A DNA stretch of 64,000 nucleotides from positions 1 to 64,000 of the forward strand of contig NIVC01000732.1 in NCBI GenBank assembly GCA_002269645.1, in the 5' to 3' direction. Under the pieces are notes generated by a model. That model was given only the letters and a program-made list of their open reading frames with translations, was not told the origin of the DNA and ran no database searches. This stretch comes from Macrostomum lignano. Lineage: Eukaryota. Positions 34,549-64,000 of the stretch are shown piece by piece; positions within the stretch are counted from its first letter, which is position 1; the number at the start of each line of letters is the position of its first letter. The position numbers and the translations under genes are program-made.

Positions 34549-36080
34549 ATGAGTGATCAAGGAGAAGACGAATTCTTCCTGCTCAATGAGCTACTAAGCT
34601 TTAATGATCTGTATGATCTCCAGGAGGAGATAGTGGTAACAACTGCCGAACCTGGCGCAGCTGTGAATGCCAAACATGGCTCAGCTACTGCCGAATCTGG
34701 CTCAGCTACTGCCGAATCTGGCTCAGCTACTGCCAAATCTGCACCAGCTATGGCTGTTGACCCAGGTGCAGCTGCAACCGCCAACGTGGGTGCTGCTACC
34801 ATAGTCAATCCGGGCACCTCCAGGTCAGCCAAGGCAGTTGCAGTTGCTGAAGCAGACACCCTTGACAATTGGAGCATAGTCCCAAAATGGCCACCTATTT
34901 GTGGCAATAGGGATCTGGAAGCTCCCAAAAGGCAGCCCACTGTGCCCACTAAGCCCGGAGCACGCCTGAATTTGGTAGTGAAGCAAATTGGGTCGCCAGT
35001 TTGGGCTCTGGTGCAGCCAAAGAAACCTGCCACAACGAGAATCCCAGTGTCTCAGGCAGCTGAAAGTTGGGCTGCTCTTTTACAGTGGCAAGCGAATTGA
35101 GTTCTTGAAAACCCCAATGTTGCTAGAAGGAACCCCAAAGTGACTAGCTCTGTGGTGATGCTGCGCGTCGGCCCCGCAGTCGGGAAGATCTTGCCAAAAT
35201 CACAACAGCTGCCGGCGCAACAGCCGTTGCCTAGGGGACGTTTGGCTAGGCAGAGATTGTTGGCGCAGCAAAAGAGACAGCGACGGTCCCCTACACGGCA
35301 GTAGCAACAGCAAAAGCCACCGGTGCAACCGCCGCAGCAGCCACTGCACCCACAGCCGACGCCGCAACTGCCGCAGCAGCTGCCACACCCACAGCAGCAG
35401 ATTACGCCACAATTGCTGCAGCAGCCACTGCACCCACAGCCGCAGCTGGCGCTGCAACTGCCACAGCAGCCGATGCTGCAACTGCTGCAATAGCCACCAC
35501 ACCCGCAGCCGCCGCCACAACAGCCATCAACATATCCAAAACAGCTGCAACCACAACAATGGCCACCACTGTACCAGCAGCCGCTGCAATAGCCACCATA
35601 GCCGCAGCTGATGTGGCTCCAGCCATCGCAACCGCAACTTTAGCAGTCTTTTCAACAACTATCTCATGTCAACAGCCGCTGCTGCAATCTGCCTGCGGCA
35701 TGACCCAACCTTAATATTAGCAGCAGCCCGGACGAAAGCCATTTCCACGCCCCATTGACGAGAATGAACTAGGCGCCAATCTTAGTCGGGTGCTAAGTGA
35801 GATGCCGGAAGCGCGCCATGCCCATTTCAAGAAAATGATTGCAATGATAAAGTCCTATCTCATGAGGATAGCCAATGTCAGGCTGGACTGGGCTTTGCCA
35901 CAGAGAGCTCATGTCTAGCCGGTACTCAACCTGCTAAGCAATGACTATTCCCAGGAGCAAGCGATTGCCACCTGGAGGCAAGCAGTCGCCTATATGCTAC
36001 AGGCACTACAAATGGCAAGACAACTGTATTATGCCACCCTACTCCAGATAGAGGTAAGGTGGATGGCCAAAATCCTAGGC
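34549..36080 (+). pseudogene. Pseudogenised accessory ORF (acidic N-terminus, Ala-rich then Gln/Pro-rich, helical C-terminus)
   Basis: The frame of the 183-aa ORF continues past TGA at 35100 into a Q/P-rich tract interrupted by several in-frame TAG codons within CAG runs; a further helical-looking segment lies at ~35770-36080. Confidence 0.5.
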
Positions 36081-37103
36081 TAGGGACGATAGCCACTGCC
36101 AGAGGAATTTGAGATAGAATGATGCGGAATTGCGAGATGAACTAACTGATCATTACAAACGCATGCCTATCCCATTTATTATCTTTGTGTTTATGTTGCC
36201 TTTTATTGAATATCCTATGGTGCTATTTTGTCCTATGGTGTTTTCCTTTGAATATCTTATGGTAATTTTTGCAACTATGTGCCTACACTGCGCTACCTTT
36301 TTCTTTGTGCACGCATTTACCATATGTGCTTATTTTTAGGACTAAAATTCTGTGCATTAATACTTACTTTGCTTGCCCATTTGCCAATCGCATATGCTCC
36401 TTTTTATACATGTTATTCTGCACATGTTATAGTCATTTTTGCTTTTAATAATGCACTTTTGTCATGTATAACTGTTAGTAGACACCTTCAGCATTGAATA
36501 ATTTTAGCATCAATTAATTTCTCACTCATACTTTTATTCAAAATTAATTGCTAGGGAAGCCAGTTGATGTAGGCCCAATTTAAATTTTCACATCACTATG
36601 GAAACATAACTTGGAAAAGAATAATTTTGTTTAAATGAATATGGTCCCTTACCCTAATTTTAGTATAAATATACGGGAGTTTTGTACCCAAAGAGGCGAC
36701 CGAGCTTTTTACTTGATCCTGAATTCAGAGGCGATTTGCCTAAGAAAATTAGAGGTGTTCAAGCCTTCCCTATTTGTCAAAAGCTGAGAACAACTGCTCA
36801 TTGGGCAAAGGTGGAATCTACCAAGAGTATCAGACTAACAGTCTACGAGCCAATAAGCGGACCCGCAAAGAATGGAGGCGTGATCAGCCAATAGACAAGG
36901 GAGAATTATCCAAATGGCTATTTTGAATCGAACAGCCAATAACAGGTTGTGAATGACATAAGCAAATCTGTAGACAAGAAACCAGAATTCACCAGGCATA
37001 CATGCGCAACAGTCGGCCGAGTCGGCTGATCCAGCCAACCGATTTGGCAGCCAATCAAGGAAGTCGCAAAAATGCCCACCTGAAAAAATACCAAAGTAGT
37101 ATT

Positions 37104-37184
37104 ACTAAGTAGCTGACGAGGCATTTTGACCTAATAAGACAGTCATAGTTACTCCTGCCGTTTACCCACAGTTGCATTAATTTC
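37104..37184 (-). pseudogene. Isolated ~80-bp 28S rRNA fragment (helix 69-71 region, R2/I-PpoI site)
   Basis: Minus strand GGGTAAACGGCAGGAGTAACTATGACTGTCTTATTAGGTCAAAATGCCTCGTCAGCTACTTAG versus canonical 28S GGGTAAACGGCGGGAGTAACTATGACTCTCTTAAGGTAGCCAAATGCCTCGTCATCTAATTAG. Confidence 0.85.
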
Positions 37185-37858
37185 GCGTTATGGTTTTTAA
37201 TTACATGTAAGTCACATTTTTTGGCCAAAAACTATGTCGCATTTTTGTTAAAACTAAGTTGCATGGCCGACTGAATTTTGGAGGTTGCACATGTATGTCA
37301 CTGGGCACCCTCAGTCCATTGGAAATGCTGCTTTTTAGGACTTAGCCACCCTCATAGCTAAACAGTCTTGCCTCTCGGGCACTGCATGCTACCAAGGCAA
37401 TCCATACTTATGTGAAAGCCTATAGTTCTAACCTCATAACTTAGTAATTCTAGGAATTCTAACTGGTTCAAATGGCCAGCTTATACATGAACCTTTAAAA
37501 TTATAAAACTCACTCCAAGATACTCAAGAGCTCTGTAGCATCAGCAGGATAAGTTAAAATTAAAAATAAAATCTTCTAACAACTTGGTGACAACCATAGG
37601 ATTGTGAATAGGCAGAAAGAACCCCTGGAACATGTAGCCCATCTTTTTGCCAAACTGGTCACTTTCTTTTGCCAAAATGTACATCTATTGAAACTTAAAA
37701 TTCATTTTTGCTAGTGTCTTTCGCCAAAAATTCTTTTGCTAAAATAGGTTGCACCTGATTTATGCATGGTCTAGTTCCCATAGTTTGGAATATCCTAAAT
37801 GTATGCCGGACTAAAATCTCCTACAATTCATTTGGTATGCCAGTATATACCAATTTTT

Positions 37859-38539
37859 GGCAATCTTCAAGTTTCGTTTGTTAAATTATTTTTTCAATGA
37901 TTTCTGAACTATCTTGCTCTGAGATGATTATTTTCGAGCTCTCCAGTGTACCCAGCCCTTTCCTAGCTGAGAAAGTAGCAGCTTTGTTAATATTAACCTT
38001 TAAGGTACCATAAAGCCAGAAAAATAAGATGCAAACAAGCAAAGCTAACATGTAACGCTGAGTACAAACAGACAGAAATAGTAACACAGTGGGGTACAAC
38101 AGGGGCAGTAGTAGCAATCCAGTTTAATAGCAACGCAACAGTTTAGCACATAGAACTCAATGCTTAGACATTAGAGTAATGTGCGATCCAGTATAGGATA
38201 TTCCCAAATGGATTGACAGGGTGCAGACGGCGCCATATGAACTCATCTAGGTAGGTTTCAAACAGGGCCTAGCATCTTTATTCCCCATAGATGTTCTTTG
38301 CTAAAATGCCACGTCAATAAAAGCCGCGTCATCATTATGTTACTGTAATATGGGCCATAGACATTCCTTTGCCTACCAATGGCTTTACGGTATATTAGAT
38401 ATATAATATTAACAAAACTGCTACTTTCTCAGCTAGGAAAGGGCTGAGTACACTAGAGAGCTTGAAAATAATCATCTCAGAGCAAGATAGTTCAGAAAAC
38501 ATTGAAAAAATATTTAACAAACGAAACTTGAAGATTGCC
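37859..38539. mobile_element. 681-bp non-autonomous DNA transposon (MITE) with ~135-bp TIRs and an 8-bp TSD
   Basis: TIRs GGCAATCTTCAAGTTTCGTTTG... and ...CAAACGAAACTTGAAGATTGCC; CAATTTTT duplicated at 37851-37858 and 38540-38547. Confidence 0.9.
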
Positions 38540-40271
38540 CAATTTTTTTATAACCTAAATTATAATTCCAAGAAAAAACACTTGCGGTATAAAATTTTGT
38601 TTTTTCTAATATTGCGCCACACTAAATGACTTTTTTTGCTTGTTCATTTTACTTTTTTGCTTTTTTGCTTTCAAAATAATTACTTTTTATTTGAATTTGC
38701 TTTTATTTCACAATTTTATTCTATAATTGCAAGAACATGTTTGCCATTTTTTTATTATCTATTCTTATAAACCAAATAGGGTCTAGTATGCCAGATTAAA
38801 AAAAATTAGTATGTTAAAATACCAAGTGTTTCACAAAAGTCGTGGGTGTATGTCAGATTAATCTGGTGTACTACCCTTCTTCTGGACTATAGAGTAGACC
38901 CAATGGTCTAGTTTTAATGATACAAAAAATCATGGTTGGTTGATCCCTAAAACAGAATAACACTGCAAAATGTGAAATCTATAGCTAGGCCTATTAATAG
39001 CATCTATACAGACTATAGCTATCTATATAAATTGCAGAATGACTGCAGATTCTATTAGGCCTAACTTTAAGTAAAATGCAAATGCAAGATAGCTAAATGC
39101 CTAAGGCTAAAATGCAGTATGAACTATTATATTACAATAAAGCCTTCAAAATTTGACCAAATTGCTAAAGAGAAAATTATGATAGGCTAATATTTTCAAT
39201 ACTCATCATTAGCCATATTTTTCATGAGAGAACCTAGGCACCTATACTTACATTTTTTTATAGGCCTACATATTTTATTTAGTCCAAAGTTGTGAAGCCA
39301 AAAACAACAATTGTCAATAATGTTGAAATGACAGTTGACAATGCCCTATTATAGGCCTAGTACAACTTGTACAAGACTAGGGCCTACAAGTGCAAAACAG
39401 CAATGCTAGCATAGTACATTGTCATTTGTCAATACTACTTACAAAACAATAATGGTAGGGCCTACACCACGTCACCACCTAGCCTAAGCCACTAGTTTTT
39501 GACTTTTTGTTGATTAAATTGACTCAATCTAGGCCCTATCTAAATCTAGTGAATCCAATAATAAACTTTAAATGGCTAGCACGTGCAGAATTCACACATG
39601 AACTAAGACTGTATAAATGGCAATGCAAAACGCACAAGTGCCTTGTAAGTTTCAATTCAATGTCGTCGTATGTATACAAACCAATGTGAATTTATAGCGG
39701 CAACAAGTCGAAGGCTTGATATTAATAAACACCAAGACACTTAAAAAAATAATATCAGATTGGGCAAATATTTTTACCAAAGTTATTAAACATGTTTTAA
39801 AGTGTACTACACAAGGTAGAAAGCTAAATATTAGTTTTTTTTAAATAAAAACAAGTAGCAGAATCTCAAAGAAACATAGAAGCTTGATCTGGAGTTTGTT
39901 ATTATAAAACGATGTGTACTTAACCTAATCCAATCGAATTTGCTATAAGTTCTTACAGGCCAAAAAGTATGGCCCAATTTTTTTTGCCCACGCGGCTGAG
40001 AGGGGCATGCATGCCCCCCTTGCACTAGGATCCAACACTGATCGGAATCCAGCAGCCAGGCCTTCCTACGGGAAATCTGGTCGGAATCCAACGACCTACA
40101 TGTATATGCAGACCAATTAACTTAATCCCGTCAAATTCCAACCGTCGGATTCCGACCAAATTTTGTGGAGCACAAGTCTGACTGGATTCCGATGAAGAAT
40201 TCAGATGGCTAGCTGCAGCATGTTTTTTCATGCAGCGGTTCTCATTTGGCGCGAATTCGGCAAAACAATTT

Positions 40272-43200
40272 CCCACGTAACCAAGAATCTCGCCAAAGGC
40301 TTGCGTCCCCATCGCGTGGCAATATTAGGCGATATCTCGCCTGGCGATATCTAAGCAATATCTAAGCGATATTGATCGGCGATAAATCAATACGATAGGA
40401 AATTGCCTCTAAAGTCCTATATATATGTCTAAAAGACACTAAAACGAAGTTCAAACCTATATTGGCCCATCTTGCGCGCATTCTTGCGAAATCGCCAAAA
40501 CCTTGAGTTTCGATGCCTTGGCGATAATTGCACCATCGCCGAGCGATAGAACAACGTTGGGAATGCGATCCATGCTTAATTCACATGTATTTTAGCCCAC
40601 TCGACTTATAAATTCGCAATTTAAGGTCACTTCGTGAATGGTGAGTTGCAAGCGAGTGATGCTCTTCTGTTTTAGCATTATCTTCTTGGTCTATCGTACC
40701 GTACATATAAACAAGTTCGTGCATCGCGGCGCGATATTTTAGCGGTTGGCTGGCGCTGTTTTTAAGTTCATCTTGAAACTTTGATGCCAATAAGATGTAT
40801 ATCAAGTTAAATTTGCAGTTTTGATATATGAAAATAAAAAATATGTTCTTTTGTCGTCTTGTCCTGCTTTGTGTTTCTGACTGCAAAATTCATTTATTAA
40901 TTTGATAAAATACGCGTTAAATGTATGCTCTTTTAAAAATGACGCTGCACAACTAGTCAGAGGTCTTGATCGAATTAAGACAGATCATCAGATCGCATGT
41001 TCCCTTTTTACATATGTTATACATGTCTTACGCTCAAGATTATTTGTGAAACAAAAAACTGTGGTAAATAGTGGTAGATAGTAACAGTAGTCCAGTGCTC
41101 AGAGTTTTATTTTGTCAAACTGTGTTTTTAGCACTTCATTTTTAGATTTCTTTTGCACATCCAGATGCCAATTTTGCACCTCGAAATGTTGGTAGACGCA
41201 TACTTTTAATTACATTTCTAGAATTCAAATGCATTTTGGCTCTTTTAGAGAAATTATAACTATTACTGAACTTAGATCAGTGCCAACTGCCAATGTAGTT
41301 GATTAGGGCCTAACTTAAATTTCCTTCATTGTTCATTTCAATTTCAACCTGATCTAGCATTGATTAGGTTTTGGAAAATTCTAAATAGCTAAACTAGCTC
41401 CAGCCTATATTCTACAAGTAGAAGATAGCTTTTGTGGACTTCTTAAGGATCAGATGTATAAAATACTTGCTGATGTCCAAATCTTAAACTGCTTTTGTCA
41501 AATGTCAATACTACTACTAATGTAAAATTTAGGATTTTGGAGGATTTTTGACAAGTGGAAATTTTTATACCTAGCTATTAATGGTGATATTGATCTTCTT
41601 GAATAGAACAATAGGCCTTTCCAACCATAACCCATAGGCCATATTCCCCATGGTCCAAGTATTAAGGTTAACTTATTTTAGACTTTGACTTATTGTTAAA
41701 TGCTAATTAGAAACTTATTTTATAGAATATAATGGCCATTGATCTTGAAATTAGATAGAACAGTGAGTCTCTATTAAAGATCAATTACAATATAGGCCTA
41801 GTAGTCTATACTATATGTGGCTATAGTTTATTGTCATTTTTCCATATCTATATTTTTTGACTTAGCCATTTTCTTATGCCATGGTTTTTGGTGTTTAGGT
41901 TAGCTACCCTAGGGCTAGGCCTAGTCATTTCAAATTGACTAGATCTCAATTTTTAATATATTTTATAGTAGCTATTTATCTTAAATAGAAAAGTGGGCTT
42001 CTTTTAAAGATTAGGCTAGGCCTAATACTATATTAATACTATATTATATTATACTTCTACCTAGCCTAACACCCTGTTCCCTATACAGGTTATAGCTATG
42101 GTACTTAGCATTGATATTAGGATTATCCTAGTTATTTTTTGTAGTAAAAATGGATGCATTCTTTGAACTCTCCATACCAAAAGACCTCTATTTAGACTAT
42201 AGCTACAAATTTATAAACTGATATAAAATGAAACTATCCTAGTTATTTTATCATTTGGACCAAAAATGCTAGTTTTACTAGATTAATAAAATTTGTTCAC
42301 ATCTTTATTTATGCAAGCAATTATATCCTTTCTTTCAGCTGTTCTACAATCTCAATTTTGGGGGCCAGTTTGTCAAGTATGCTCCCGAAGCATGAATTAT
42401 CAGCCTACCAACATGCCAATGGCCTTGAGTGAGCAATGAATGACTGAAGGTCCTCAGAAGCAAAGGTTCAATTCCAGAGACTGACTGGGAGGCCCATTCC
42501 TGTACCATCCTGTCAAAGTGTGGTAAATACTTTAAAGTTCTAGACTTCCTTTGAATTACTTATTTGGTGACTAACTGAACTGCATACTTCTGATGTGGGT
42601 GATATTCTGCACAAGCATGATAAGTCAAAGTAACTGGAATTTTACTTTGTTACATTTAATTTTTCCATTGTGAAGTAACTGATATTTACTGTCGAATTGC
42701 TTGTTAAAGAAGTCGGAAATATTTAATATTTTGTTTTTTTTTAGTCATCTGGGTTTTTCACCTTAGACTTCAAGTCATGTAATGACATGACCGTCATTCT
42801 ATTAGCATGACCAAATTGAGACGGGTTCATGCCAGCCTGGTATTATCAAGAAATTTTATTGTTATGGGTGTCATTTTGACTTGGCTTAGGTTTTGTAAAG
42901 GGCAAAAATTTATTAAGTTACGAATTTTGAGTCATTTAAAGATTCGAGGAGTCTGACAAGAATGCATCATACTTGTCAAATGTATGTTTTTTCTTATTGC
43001 CAACCAGCCCAGCATTTGTCTTCAATATTTGTCAAATGAAAGTCTTTAGTGCTCAAGTCTAACTATTGCTATTTTTCTCCTATATTATATTTTTCTCTCC
43101 CTGCCTGCTGCATATTTATAGCTGAATTTTCACCATACATGCTGCTGTAAGTAGCATCATTAGAAGTAAAATATATATTCAAAAATCGGGAGGCATTAAT

Positions 43201-43522
43201 AAGAACTTGTGGAGTTTTCGTCTCCAGCGACTTAAAGGAAAGCTATAGGCTATCTGATGGAATAATAAATTTGCAGTATTGAGCTGTGTCTGTTGATTCT
43301 TTCAATCATTTTTAATGCTATCATTTAAACAAGAATTATAACTGTATCGTCAATTCATCGCCAATTGCTCGCCAAACGATATCGCCGGGCGATACGGGAC
43401 GATATCGCCCCTGCGGACAGCCGCGATATTTCGGCGAGATGAGGGCGATCGCTCGGCGATGTTTAGACGAATCGCCGGGCGGTATCGCCCCGATGTGGAG
43501 GCGAGGTTTTTGGTTATGTGGG
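40272..43522. mobile_element. ~3.25-kb TIR-bounded non-autonomous or degraded DNA transposon
   Basis: Left end CCCACGTAACCAAGAATCTCGCC; right end (reverse complement) CCCACATAACCAAAAACCTCGCC. Both ends have dense TCGCC/GGCGA/CGAT subterminal motifs; AT-rich interior; no clear TSD. Confidence 0.7.
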
Positions 43523-44381
43523 GAACGTGCAAAGTGACTTGATATTCGTTTGCTGAAAATTAAAGAATTTTTTCTAAAGTTAAGATTCTCGCGAGAATTA
43601 GTCAGCTTTATATGTACGCCAGCAAAAGACTCAACCCTTACAGAGATAGCAAGCTACGGCGTCCAATTCGGTTAATTAATTTCGTATTAAATGCAGTTAC
43701 ATGTATCACGTACAAGTTTAATTATACCTGCTGTACATTTTGAACGCGTACGACCGAATCTGTAAGACTCCTCCTCAGGTCAAAAAAAAATCATTCGAAT
43801 TCTTAAAATGTGTACACTTCATCAAATGAAAACACACTTCGATCTCAGCAAAGCTTGCAATTACGCTTACACACCTATGAATAGCTACCTGAGCTTGAGT
43901 CCTGCTGTGGCTCACTCTCGATCCCTTGAAAAACAGAGCTCAAGCGTGTACACGTACGAGTATACGACGCTGCTTTGTTAGAATTTAATTCAAATAGTTG
44001 GACTTGAAAAAGCCGCGCACACTACTATCACAATTCACAAAGTGCATAATGCGCATGTACACGTCGGAGTTACCCAAAAATGACTTTATTTTGTGGCAAG
44101 TTTGTAAAATTTATATGCTTTAGCATATGTGTATGACGCTATTATATGTATGATTTTCCAGACAATAGGACAATTAATACCAAAAATTATTTGCAAAAAG
44201 CATTTCTAAAAAGTACGCGCAAAAGTGAAAGTCCGCAACAATTAAATCATATTCATAAACATTTCGAAAAGAAATTAAGTGCTCATTTTACAGTAGTCTG
44301 AATATTTACTGTGAAAGATATCTCCTGACTGTTGAAAACTGAATTGCAAACAATGAATTATAGTTTTCCACACGATTACTG

Positions 44382-64000
<19,619 letters not shown>

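Noticed and set aside
35090-35640. Repeated CAG-to-TAG stops as RIP-like or deaminase hypermutation
   Set aside because: Ascertainment bias: in a Gln-rich frame, C-to-T changes are the ones visible as stops. It cannot be tested without a consensus.
36700-36995. Short matches to the 28S 3' domain (GCGAC..TTTTT..GATCCT, CTTCCCTAT, AGAATTCACCA)
   Set aside because: The matches are short, separated by large gaps, and on the opposite strand to the clear fragment, so they could be chance.

Overview
Eukaryotic (invertebrate animal) genomic DNA with GC-rich exons and introns packed with private minisatellites. The style resembles a free-living flatworm such as Macrostomum, but that is inference only. 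Bases 1-9789 are the right-hand part of a Polinton/Maverick-type endogenous element. It has a protein-primed family B DNA polymerase with an apparent spliceosomal intron, one frameshift and a polyQ tail, two frameshifted conserved accessory ORFs, a terminal Cys-rich/acidic ORF with an LxCxE motif, and an ACTACT terminus. Most notably it carries an intact, divergent TATA-binding-protein (TBP)-like gene. Next come a tandem duplication of an intact 208-aa gene (possibly REC114-like), the host genes ROPN1L, PNKP and SLBP, a dead Gypsy-type integrase with an accessory ORF, an orphan 28S rRNA fragment covering the R2 site, two non-autonomous TIR elements, and the 3' part (ROC-COR-kinase-WD40, 14 exons) of an LRRK2-like gene on the minus strand with an RTE-type retroposon in one intron. 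All family assignments rest on motifs recognised by eye. No database search was run.
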